Shown here: one piece after another, positions 26,205 through 35,167 of the stretch
How the letters are laid out: each line of letters starts with the position of its first letter
How positions within the stretch are numbered: position 1 is the first letter of the stretch
NCBI GenBank assembly: GCA_045647805.1
Contig: JAZRMT010000127.1
Span: forward strand, 2,817 to 66,816
Length of the DNA: 64,000 nucleotides
Source: Eubacteriales bacterium
GTDB taxonomy: Bacteria > Bacillota > Clostridia > Oscillospirales > CAG-272
Direction of reading: 5' to 3'
Translations under genes and position numbers: made by a program
Notes under the pieces: model-generated
Databases searched by the model: none
What the model saw: the letters and a program-made list of their open reading frames with translations, nothing else
Told to the model about the DNA's origin: nothing

Positions 26205-27480
26205 ACTTTGCTACCTCGTCGGTAAGATGAGAGAGATCCTGTCCCCAAAGTGATGCGTTAGCAAGGATATCCTTTACTCCGTGATTCTTCATAAACTCCA
26301 CAACGTCGGCATCATCGTTGGTCATATCGGTCTTGTAGAAGTCGATAAGCTTAGCGAATGCAAAGAGAAGAGTCTCGGGCATCTTATTATATCTCTTGAT
26401 ATACTCAAGGATAGAGGGGAGAACTCTGACCTTGAACTTGGATACCGAGTTGAGGGCTATTGCGGAAAGATAGTGCTTTATGTAAGGATTGGAGAATCTT
26501 TCGATAACGCTGTTTGCGTAATCAAGAAGCTCATCCTTCGGAAGATCGAGGGTGGGAATTATTTCATCGAAAACGCACTTTTTAAGATGAGCATTCATTG
26601 TAGGATCATCGATACAGCTCTTAACGGTATCAAGGCCCGAGAGGAGAGCGTAAGGAACGAGAGAGGTATGTGCTCCGTTAAGAATTCTTACCTTTCTGGT
26701 TCTATACATCTCAAGCTTATCGGGAGTAACTATTACGTTAAGGTCGGCCGCCTTGAAGGGGATCTCGGACTCGAGATCGTAGTCGGTCTCGATAACCCAA
26801 AGGTGGAAATACTCGGAGGTGTTGACCATATTGTCCTCATAGCCGAGCTTCATATCCTCGCCCTTGGGGTAACCGGTGTTGATACGGTCAACGAGTGTGT
26901 TAGTGAAGACGTTCTCGCGCTCCACCCAAGCCTTGAAGTCGTCACCGAGATTCCAAAGATCTGCATACTGAAGCACGCACTTCTTAAGGTTATCTCCGTT
27001 TCTGTCGATAAGCTCGCAGGGCAGGAAGATGAATCCGCCAAGACCGTTATCAAAGCGACGCTTCATAAGAAGGGTAAGCTTTGCAGGGAAGGACTTAGGA
27101 GGCACATCCGTCATCTTATCCTCGGCAGAGAATACGATTCCCGACTCGGTGGTATTAGAGACTACAAAGCGCATCTCGGGCTGATCTGCAAGCTTAAGAT
27201 ATTCTTCAAAATCGTCATAAGGCTTTACGCAACGGGAGATAACGTCAATAAGAGACTTCTCTACCCCCTCGGCACCTCTTATAACGTGGGTGTAAACGCA
27301 ATTCTGTGCCGAAAGCATATCACACATACCGTCTGCGATAGGCTGAACAACAACAACGCCGGTGTTGAAGTCGGTCTTATCGTTTATTTTCTGGATCATC
27401 CAGTCAACGAAGCCGCGAAGGAAGCCACCCTCACCGAACTGAATGACTCGTTCTACTCTTTGTTTTTTTTCAAAGCTCAT
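26191..27480 (-). CDS. uxaB: tagaturonate reductase (altronate oxidoreductase)
   Basis: VIQFGEGGFLRGFVDWMI marks a mannitol-dehydrogenase-family N-terminus. 14-nt overlap with uxaA. Confidence 0.8.
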   Translation of the reverse strand: MSFEKKQRVERVIQFGEGGFLRGFVDWMIQKINDKTDFNTGVVVVQPIADGMCDMLSAQNCVYTHVIRGAEGVEKSLIDVISRCVKPYDDFEEYLKLADQPEMRFVVSNTTESGIVFSAEDKMTDVPPKSFPAKLTLLMKRRFDNGLGGFIFLPCELIDRNGDNLKKCVLQYADLWNLGDDFKAWVERENVFTNTLVDRINTGYPKGEDMKLGYEDNMVNTSEYFHLWVIETDYDLESEIPFKAADLNVIVTPDKLEMYRTRKVRILNGAHTSLVPYALLSGLDTVKSCIDDPTMNAHLKKCVFDEIIPTLDLPKDELLDYANSVIERFSNPYIKHYLSAIALNSVSKFKVRVLPSILEYIKRYNKMPETLLFAFAKLIDFYKTDMTNDDADVVEFMKNHGVKDILANASLWGQDLSHLTDEVAKYVNK

Positions 27481-27632
27481 TTCATCACCTCAAAGTAATT
27501 TATTTTACTGATTTAATTATAATGGGTAGTTTTTTTTAATACCTTAAAATCTTTGATATTTTAACCATAATTTTCTGTATTTTCTTGATTTTTTTGATTT
27601 TTTATGCTAAAATAGTAGCAAAAGGAGCGAAT

Positions 27633-28424
27633 ATGGAAAATTTACTTTTTAAGGACAAGAATTTTAATATAAGCACTGTAAAAAAAACCGGAACGGTTAT
27701 GCATTCCCACCATCATCACGAGGAATTTGAAATATATTATATGGTTAGCGGCAGATGCTCCTACTTTATCGAGGACAAGACCTATGAAGTTCTGCCCGGG
27801 GACGTGGTCATAATACCGGAGAACGTAATTCACAGAACAAAGTACACAAGCGAGCCACACGTCAGAATTCTGATCGAATGCTCGGGAGAGTTCATCCCCG
27901 GGGAGGCGAGAGAAAGACTTAAAAGCCTTTATTACGTTTACAGAAATCCTACAGTGTCGGCAGAGATACTTTCGTCGCTTAAGCGTATAGAGCGGGAGTT
28001 TAAAAGTCCAGACGATTTTTCCGAGGAGGCTATCCGCTCGGAGCTAAGACTGCTCATTTACAATATGGTAAGAAACAAAAACGCTCTTGGCGAGGCAGAG
28101 ACTAAAAATCATCTTATTGAGAGCGTGGTAGCTTACGTCAAGGAAAATTTTCAGCAGGATATTACCCTATCATCGGTAGCGAGAGCACACTTCGTTTCTC
28201 CCGAGCATCTTTCAAGAACATTCAAAAAAGAGACCGAGTTCGGATTCAACGAGTATTTGACCATTATCAGGCTGCGTTATGCGGAAATGCGGCTAAAAAA
28301 ACGAGGGAGCGAAAGCATCTCTAAGATCGCCTATGATGCGGGATTTAATGACTCAAATTACTTCTCGGATAAGTTTAAAAAGGCATACGGAGTATCTCCA
28401 TTAAGGTACAGCAAGGAAAATTAA
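27633..28424 (+). CDS. AraC-family regulator (cupin sensor + double HTH), divergent from the uxa operon
   Basis: Cupin block HSHHHHEEFEIYYMVSG and C-terminal YFSDKFKKAYGVSPLRY. AGGAG precedes ATG 27633. Confidence 0.85.
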   Translation: MENLLFKDKNFNISTVKKTGTVMHSHHHHEEFEIYYMVSGRCSYFIEDKTYEVLPGDVVIIPENVIHRTKYTSEPHVRILIECSGEFIPGEARERLKSLYYVYRNPTVSAEILSSLKRIEREFKSPDDFSEEAIRSELRLLIYNMVRNKNALGEAETKNHLIESVVAYVKENFQQDITLSSVARAHFVSPEHLSRTFKKETEFGFNEYLTIIRLRYAEMRLKKRGSESISKIAYDAGFNDSNYFSDKFKKAYGVSPLRYSKEN

Positions 28425-28437
28425 AGAACGAAAATAG

Positions 28438-28465
28438 AAAAAAGGCAGAAAATCTGCCTTTTTTC
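28438..28465. terminator. bidirectional terminator between AraC and the aminotransferase operon
   Basis: AAAAAAGGCAGA, short loop, TCTGCCTTTTTT. Confidence 0.6.
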
Positions 28466-28492
28466 TATTATACCAAAATAACCCACCGAAAA

Positions 28493-29767
28493 TTATTTGG
28501 AGTGCTTGGAGATGACTACCTTAATAGCCTCGATAACCTTCTCGATGTGCTCCTTTTCCCAAGAGGGATGGAGGAAGAGGGAGACGGTCTGATCTCTAAG
28601 GGATCTTGCAACGGGGCAAACTACCTTGGAGTAGTCAACGGTCTTGGGATCGGTGTACTCCTTCGACTTGAAGGGGAACTGAGCATCGCCGAAGCCTACG
28701 CCATCCTGATAAGCCTGCTCGAGATAGCTCTCGGGCCAGAGAATACCGGAGCAAGGAATACCCATACCGATAAGCTCCTTGATGAAGTCCTTTGCAACGA
28801 TGTCAACAACGTCAAGGTCAAGAAGGATGGGATACCACCAATAAGAGTTCTTACGCTCTGCGGTGTTTACGGGAACAGCCTTGATACCCTTGAGACCGGT
28901 GAGAGCCTTATCGTACATTGCGGCATACTCAAGACGGCGAGGAAGGTTCCAGGTGTCAAATCTGTTAAGCTCGCAAAGACCGATCATAGACTGCATCTCG
29001 GTCATACGGTAGTTAAAGCCGACTCTTCTGTGAATGTAAGGAAGCTTCTCCTCAAGAGCAAGCATGTTCATTCTGGTACGAACATCGTAGCCGTGGTCAC
29101 GGAAGGAACGGCACTCCCAAGCGAGATCCTCGTTGTTTGTGATAACCATACCGCCCTCACCGCCGGTGGTGAAGTGCTTGGACTGGCAGAAGGAATAGCA
29201 TCCAACGTCACCTACAAGTCCAACCATAGTATCCTTGTACTTACCGCCGATACACTGAGCACAGTCCTCTACTACGAAGAGGTTGTGCTTCTTTGCGATC
29301 TCAAGGATGGGGCCCATATCAGCAACGACACCGTAAAGGTGAACTACTACAATAGCCTTGGTCTTAGGAGTGATGAGAGCCTCGATGCACTTGGGATCAA
29401 GGGTGTGATCCTCAGTAACGTCACCGAATACGGGAACTGCGCCTGCCTGAACAACCGAGAAGGAGGAGGCGATGAAGGTGTAGGAAGGAACGATAACCTC
29501 GTCACCGGGGCCTACGCCGAGTGCGGAAAGTGCGATGTGAAGTGCTGCGGTACCGTTGGTACAAGAGATTGCGAAGTCAGCACCTGCCCACTTAGCAAAT
29601 GCCTCCTCGAACTCCATACCTACCTTACCTGTCCAGTAGTTAACCTTACCGGAATTAAGAACCTCGGTAACCTTTGCAGGAACCTCGGGAGCAAACTGAG
29701 GCCAACCGGGGAAACCAATCTCTTCAACACCGGAGCCATTCATTACAAGATCTTCTTTTTTAGCCAT
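28493..29767 (-). CDS. DegT/DnrJ/EryC1/StrS-family PLP sugar aminotransferase (distal gene)
   Basis: VIVPSYTFIASS, DCAQCIGG and the PLP-lysine block YSFCQSKHFTTGGEGGMV. Confidence 0.85.
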   Translation of the reverse strand: MAKKEDLVMNGSGVEEIGFPGWPQFAPEVPAKVTEVLNSGKVNYWTGKVGMEFEEAFAKWAGADFAISCTNGTAALHIALSALGVGPGDEVIVPSYTFIASSFSVVQAGAVPVFGDVTEDHTLDPKCIEALITPKTKAIVVVHLYGVVADMGPILEIAKKHNLFVVEDCAQCIGGKYKDTMVGLVGDVGCYSFCQSKHFTTGGEGGMVITNNEDLAWECRSFRDHGYDVRTRMNMLALEEKLPYIHRRVGFNYRMTEMQSMIGLCELNRFDTWNLPRRLEYAAMYDKALTGLKGIKAVPVNTAERKNSYWWYPILLDLDVVDIVAKDFIKELIGMGIPCSGILWPESYLEQAYQDGVGFGDAQFPFKSKEYTDPKTVDYSKVVCPVARSLRDQTVSLFLHPSWEKEHIEKVIEAIKVVISKHSK

Positions 29768-29819
29768 GATTATTGCCTTTCAAATTCTAAATATAATTTA
29801 TTTTATTACTTACACTAAA

Positions 29820-31130
29820 TTATTTGCCTGCCTGCATCTCTGCAACAGCCTCAAGAACCGCGTCAGCCATATACTCGATCTGCTCCTTGGAGAGTCCGTA
29901 GAGAGGAAGGTGAGTAAATCTCTTATAGAAGACCTCTTCACAGTTGGGGCAGGACTTAGCGATCTCATCGGAATCGTAGCCCATATCCTGAACTATCTTG
30001 AAGCGGTAGAGAGGACCGAAGTGAGCGATCTGGGTAACGCCCTTAGCCTCAAGCTTCTTCTTAAGGACCTGAACGTCACCGCCTGCCTTTGCGGGATCGA
30101 TCTGAAGGAGGTAAAGGTGATAGGTGGGCTTGATCTCATCGGTGTCAAGCTGCTGAGGAATGATAGCATCGCACTCTGCGAATCTCTTGGTAAGATACTC
30201 TGCCGCCTCGCGTCTTACCTTGATGATCTCCTCGTTACGGGCGATCTGAAGGGTAAGTCCAAGGCCCTGGATCTCTGTGGTAGAAGAGTTGCCGGGTACG
30301 AAGGGATGCTCCTTACCGGGAATGGGAGTGATGTTATAGAGCCAATCCTTTATGGGGCAGGAGAAGTCGAGACCGAGGAAGCGGGCTCTCTTCATATGAG
30401 GAGCGTAGCCGGGGATGGAGCTTACGAGAATACCGCCCTCACCGAAGGAGGTGATGTTCTTAACCTCGTGAAGGGAGTACGCACCGAAGTCACCGATGGT
30501 ACCAACCATTCTGCCCTTATACATTGCACCGAATGCATGAGCAGCGTCCTCAAGGACTATGATATCATTCTTCTTAGCAAGCTCGATGATAGGATCGAGG
30601 TCAACGGGATAACCTCCGATATGTACGGGAACGATCATCTTGGTCTTGGGAGTGATCTTTCTTGCAACGTCGGCAGGATCCATATTAATGGTTCTGGGAT
30701 CAACGTCAGCGAAAACGAGCTTACATCCGATAGCAAGAGGATAAGCCATGGTAGCTACGAACGTGATAGCAGGAACGATAACCTCGTCGCCCGCCTTAAG
30801 GTTAGCATACTTGTATGCGATCTCAAATCCTGCGGTAGCGTTGGTTACGAAGGTGGAGGAATCGGTCTTAAGGTAGTCGTTACAAGCAGCCTCTGCCGCC
30901 TCTACCTTACTGCCGAGAGAAAGCTTGCCGGGAGGGTTAGAAAGCTTATCAAGCTTCTTCACCTGCTCGTAAACTGCCGCAATAGCATCGTCGTACTCCT
31001 TACCGTTGCCCTGCATAAGGAACTTGATGATCTCCATAAGGTCCTGAACGTTGTAGTTCTCGCCTACCGCAGCCCACGGAACCTTGGTCGCACCGGTGTT
31101 ATAACGGAAGTCGGTTGTCTGTTTTCCCAT
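29820..31130 (-). CDS. DegT/DnrJ/EryC1/StrS-family PLP sugar aminotransferase (proximal gene, with N-terminal insertion)
   Basis: VIVPAITFVATM, EDAAHAFGA and the PLP-lysine block YSLHEVKNITSFGEGGIL. Confidence 0.85.
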   Translation of the reverse strand: MGKQTTDFRYNTGATKVPWAAVGENYNVQDLMEIIKFLMQGNGKEYDDAIAAVYEQVKKLDKLSNPPGKLSLGSKVEAAEAACNDYLKTDSSTFVTNATAGFEIAYKYANLKAGDEVIVPAITFVATMAYPLAIGCKLVFADVDPRTINMDPADVARKITPKTKMIVPVHIGGYPVDLDPIIELAKKNDIIVLEDAAHAFGAMYKGRMVGTIGDFGAYSLHEVKNITSFGEGGILVSSIPGYAPHMKRARFLGLDFSCPIKDWLYNITPIPGKEHPFVPGNSSTTEIQGLGLTLQIARNEEIIKVRREAAEYLTKRFAECDAIIPQQLDTDEIKPTYHLYLLQIDPAKAGGDVQVLKKKLEAKGVTQIAHFGPLYRFKIVQDMGYDSDEIAKSCPNCEEVFYKRFTHLPLYGLSKEQIEYMADAVLEAVAEMQAGK

Positions 31131-31288
31131 TTGTTAATTCTCCTTTGGTATGTAATTTTAATTTTTAGTATTTTTCTTAGGGAGGTTGGTCAGAGGAGGA
31201 TTTGGCAAGTTTTCCGCAGTTGTAAAACAAAATAATTCACAAAAGCGAAAGGATTTATTGCATTTTCACAAAAACAAAGCTCTTCCGC

Positions 31289-31317
31289 TTGACTTTACTC
31301 CATATATATGATACAAT
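31289..31317 (+). promoter_or_regulatory. extended -10 sigma-A promoter of the second AraC gene
   Basis: TTGACT (31289-31294), 17-nt spacer ending in TGa, TACAAT (31312-31317). Confidence 0.6.
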
Positions 31318-31383
31318 ATTTTTATCAAAAAGTATTTACCCGAGATTACCGAATATTTATCAAATATTCCGCAAGGTGGATTT

Positions 31384-32262
31384 ATGGAATTCAAAACGCA
31401 CCCTATAAAAAGAGAAATTGAAATTGAGGGATTCAACAGTATTTACTACTTCGAGTTCGGCAAGGACTTTTCTCATCCGCCGGAAAAGCACGACTTCTGG
31501 GAGATGATGTACGTTGATTCCGGCAAGATAAACGCGATTGCAGACGGAATAGGCAGGATAGTTACGCAGGGACAGCTGGTCTTTAACCGACCGATGGAGG
31601 TTCATGCTCATATATCCAATAAGGTAGACCCCAACAATATGCTGGTCATTTCTTTCACCTGCCACAGCCCTGCGATGGAGTTCTTCAATAAAAAGGTCTT
31701 TACACTCGGAAAAACAGAAAAAACGCTGATCACGCTTATTACGAAGGCGGCAAAAGAGGCTCTCGGGCGTATTCCCGACGACTATAAGGACAGAGATCCT
31801 CTTGATTTTTCAGCGGCACCTAAGGGCTCGGTTCAACTGTTGGAGTGCTATCTCACCGAGCTGTTGCTCGTGCTTATGCAAAGCGAGGACGGCACCTACA
31901 CCACCGAAAAGCACAGTGAAAACTCAAGGGAGCTTGCTCAAAGCTCGATCACCGAGCTGATCGTAGCGTATCTTCAGGAGAACGTATATTCAAGCATTAC
32001 GCTTTCGGATATTTGCGCAAAGTTCTTTATGGGAAAATCACGGCTTTGCAAGCTGTTCGGAGATTATCTCGGAGAGGGCCCTATCGAATATTTCACAAGA
32101 CTCAAGACGGGAGAGGCAAAGAAGCTGCTCAGACAGGAGGAGCTATCCATTGGAAAGATTGCTGATATACTTGATTACTCGTCTATACATAATTTTTCAA
32201 GGGCATTTAAGAAGTCTACCGGATTTTCACCGTCTGAATATAGAAAAAAATCGGTACACTAG
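31384..32262 (+). CDS. AraC-family regulator (cupin + HTH), divergent from the aminotransferase operon
   Basis: N-terminal cupin-like domain and C-terminal HNFSRAFKKSTGFSPSEYR. Confidence 0.85.
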   Translation: MEFKTHPIKREIEIEGFNSIYYFEFGKDFSHPPEKHDFWEMMYVDSGKINAIADGIGRIVTQGQLVFNRPMEVHAHISNKVDPNNMLVISFTCHSPAMEFFNKKVFTLGKTEKTLITLITKAAKEALGRIPDDYKDRDPLDFSAAPKGSVQLLECYLTELLLVLMQSEDGTYTTEKHSENSRELAQSSITELIVAYLQENVYSSITLSDICAKFFMGKSRLCKLFGDYLGEGPIEYFTRLKTGEAKKLLRQEELSIGKIADILDYSSIHNFSRAFKKSTGFSPSEYRKKSVH

Positions 32263-32304
32263 GTTGCAGAGGTTTTAATCAGATCTATTTTTTTGGGAGG
32301 AAAT

Positions 32305-33108
32305 ATGGATATTAACAGCATTTTGGGAAGTGAAAACGAAAAGCCGCTTGATACTCTTGTATCGGACGGTGGCTTTACCGGAATTTTCAGAACTATTGCC
32401 TGTGTCGGAGACTCGCTCTCCTCGGGCGAATTTCAAGCTAAGCGAGAGTCGGATGGAGCTAATCTCTATTTTGACCGCTTCGATTATTCCTGGGGACAGT
32501 ATATGGCGAGAATGGCGGGAGTCACCGTCTACAACTTCTCCAGGGGAGGAATGACGGCAAGAGAGTATATGCAGATCTATGCCAACAATATGGGCTATTG
32601 GCAGAGGAGCCTTGCAGCTAACGCATACATAATCGCTCTCGGTGTAAATGACATTCTCAACAGAAAATGGGAGATCGGCGAGATGTCCGACGTTTGTATT
32701 GAGGATTACAGAAAGAATGCCGACACCTTTATCGGTAATTACGCCGCCATTATTCAGAGATACAAGGAGATAATGCCGGAGGCGGTCTTCTTCTTGGTTA
32801 CGACACCGAATCAGGGAAAGGACGACGAAGAGGAAAAGATCGAGCTCAGAAAGAAGCTCAGAGATGCGATATTTGATATCGCAGGGCTGTTTGATAACAC
32901 TTACGTTATCGACCTCTATGAGCACGCACCCATATACGACAAAGAATTCAGAAAGAAGTTCTTCCTCTTAGGTCATATGGCTCCCGCCGGATATCTTCTT
33001 ACCGCAAAGATGATCTGCTCCTACATCGACTATATAATCAGGCACAACCTTGAAAAATTCAAAACCGTCGGTCTTATGGACTACGATTATGACAGGAATG
33101 AGGTTTAG
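32305..33108 (+). CDS. SGNH/GDSL-family hydrolase (esterase)
   Basis: Block I CVGDSLSSGEF and block III LGVNDI. GGGAGG precedes ATG 32305. No signal peptide. Confidence 0.75.
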   Translation: MDINSILGSENEKPLDTLVSDGGFTGIFRTIACVGDSLSSGEFQAKRESDGANLYFDRFDYSWGQYMARMAGVTVYNFSRGGMTAREYMQIYANNMGYWQRSLAANAYIIALGVNDILNRKWEIGEMSDVCIEDYRKNADTFIGNYAAIIQRYKEIMPEAVFFLVTTPNQGKDDEEEKIELRKKLRDAIFDIAGLFDNTYVIDLYEHAPIYDKEFRKKFFLLGHMAPAGYLLTAKMICSYIDYIIRHNLEKFKTVGLMDYDYDRNEV

Positions 33109-33949
33109 GCTCTGTTATTTTTTAAATAATCAATAAAGCGTTTAACGTTTCCGTGATAGGCGGAGGGCTTCGTGTAGACATAAACCGAGTATCTCTCATC
33201 AAAATCAGAGAGATCAAGGTATACCGAGGACTCTCCGTCTTTTTCCATTTTCTCTCTGCCTATTCCTATTCCGACTCCCGCATGCAGAAGCTTCTCGTAG
33301 CATTCTTTATCATTGCACTGGGCTACGATATTAGGGGTGAATCCTGCTTTTTTGCAAATTTTAGTTAGCATTTTATGCATATTGCTGTTTTCGCCCCAGG
33401 ATATAAAGGGATAGTCCGACAATCCAGACAGAGTCATTCTTTCATTTGCGAGAGGACTTCCCTTAGCTACCTTCAATCGCAGCTTCAAAGAACAGAACTC
33501 AAAGGAATCATATCCCTCGTATTTTTCGGTTTGCTCATCTATTATGACGTCGTATTTCTCATATTCGTTATCGCCAAGATCAAACGAGGTTTTAAAAACA
33601 GCTTTTGGGCGCAAACGGTTAAATTCAATTATTTTATCGGTAAGGGTACTTCTGATTGCCCTGACAAGTATCTTTACTTCCCCTCCATCCTCCTCGGAAT
33701 CCGAAAGCAGTCCAACGGTTCTTTCCAGCTCCGAAAAAACTGTCGTGAGGCTGTCCATCAAAAGCTTTCCACTTTGATTGAGAGTTATTCGGTTCGCACT
33801 TCGGTCAAAAAGACGGCAGCCGAGCTCCTCCTCAAGTCTCTTTACCGATGCGGACACCGACGTGGTTGGTACCATATATTTCTCAGCGGTTGCTGTAAGC
33901 TACCTTTTTTCGCACTTTCAAAAAAATACTTCAACTGCAATATTTCCAT
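33105..33949 (-). pseudogene. LysR-family regulator interrupted by a 1-nt frameshift inside the HTH
   Basis: ATG at 33949 gives MEILQLKYFFESAKKGS, then the frame is lost. The 256-aa ORF (33105-33875) resumes with TATAEKYMVPTTSVSASVKRLEEELG in another frame. Restoring one T at 33897/33898 (TT to TTT) gives a canonical LysR N-terminus. Confidence 0.75.
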
Positions 33950-34082
33950 AAGCTTCTCCGTTTTTATGCTTTTTTCTTATTTTACCATAATTTCAAAGAT
34001 TAAGCAGGGGTATTTTATCTTATTATGTACATTTGTGTATTTTTTTGGTAGAATATAATAAAAATTGTGCGGAGGCTATGCT

Positions 34083-35108
34083 ATGAGCAAGGCAGATATT
34101 CTGTTTTTAAACAACAAGGCCATGGAGGAGCTGGGCGTTCTGGACATGGCACAGGTAATGCACGACGTTGAAAGAGTTTATGTACTCAATAGAGCCGGTG
34201 ACGTTATCGCACCCGGAAAATGCGTTATGCGTTGGGGTAAAACAACAGAAGACGAGAATACCCTCGGAAGGATCAACGCAATGCCGGGTTATATAGGCGG
34301 TGAATACGATATGGCGGGTATAAAATGGATCGGAAGCGGTCCTCAGAATTACAAAAAGGGATTGCCAAGAGCAAGCGTTGCGGTAATTCTTAACGATCCT
34401 GACACCAAGTTGCCCGTGTGCATCGCTGACGGAACGGCCGTAAGCACTATGAGAACGGGAGCATCGGGCGGAATCGCCGTGAAGCTTCTCGCAAAAAGCG
34501 ACGCGTCTGTAATGACTATTTGCGGTGCGGGTGCTCAAGCACCCACACAACTTGAGGCAGCACTTATCGGAAGACCGACTATTAAGAAGCTCTACATATA
34601 CGATATAGTGATCGCGAATGCCGAAAGATTCGCAAGGTTCGTTAATGAAAAATATCCGGACATCGGTGCAATCCCCACCCTTGACATCGAGAAAGCAGCA
34701 AGAGACAGTGATATTATCGACTGCGTTACTCTCGCGTCCGAGCCTTTCGTTAAGGGCGAGTGGCTTAAGGCGGGAGCACTCATTATGAATATGGCTGACT
34801 ACGAGGTAGATTACGACTGCGTAAGACGCTCTTCCAAGATCGTAGTTGATTATTGGGAGAACATCAAGCACAGGATGATATCCACGGTTGCGTTTATGTG
34901 GCGGGACGGACTTATCAAGGATGAGGACATTCACGCGGAGCTTGGAGAAATTCTTAACGGTTCGAAGAGCCCGAGAGAAAACGACGAGGAGATAATCTAC
35001 TTCAACGCGGTAGGCGCGGGAATACTCGACATTGCCGTTACGGCAAGATGCTATTACAATGCGAAGGAAATCGGCAAGGGCATCAATCTTCCGTTTTGGG
35101 AAGAATAA
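34083..35108 (+). CDS. ornithine cyclodeaminase / mu-crystallin family NAD(P) enzyme
   Basis: Rossmann motif ICGAGAQAPTQLEA and an OCD_Mu_crystall-like layout. GGAGG lies 7 nt before ATG 34083. Confidence 0.7.
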   Translation: MSKADILFLNNKAMEELGVLDMAQVMHDVERVYVLNRAGDVIAPGKCVMRWGKTTEDENTLGRINAMPGYIGGEYDMAGIKWIGSGPQNYKKGLPRASVAVILNDPDTKLPVCIADGTAVSTMRTGASGGIAVKLLAKSDASVMTICGAGAQAPTQLEAALIGRPTIKKLYIYDIVIANAERFARFVNEKYPDIGAIPTLDIEKAARDSDIIDCVTLASEPFVKGEWLKAGALIMNMADYEVDYDCVRRSSKIVVDYWENIKHRMISTVAFMWRDGLIKDEDIHAELGEILNGSKSPRENDEEIIYFNAVGAGILDIAVTARCYYNAKEIGKGINLPFWEE

Positions 35109-35128
35109 AAAAGTTCTCCCTCACCGAT

Positions 35129-35166
35129 AAACAAAGCAGGACAAGATTTTTTGTCCTGCTTTGTTT
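35129..35166. terminator. bidirectional terminator between convergent OCD and GDPD genes
   Basis: AAACAAAGCAGGACAA, loop GATTTT, TTGTCCTGCTTTGTTT. This is a perfect 16-bp stem. Confidence 0.7.
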
Positions 35167-35167
35167 G

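Noticed and set aside
28502-31235. Very long plus-strand ORFs (438 and 489 aa) lying exactly opposite the two DegT genes. Similar mirror ORFs lie opposite uxaC, uxaA and uxaB (23449-24402, 25221-26201, 26281-27498).
   Set aside because: They are in codon register with well-supported sense genes. Their translations are low-complexity and motif-free. They exist only because the sense genes avoid TTA, CTA and TCA. They are a codon-bias artefact, not overlapping genes.
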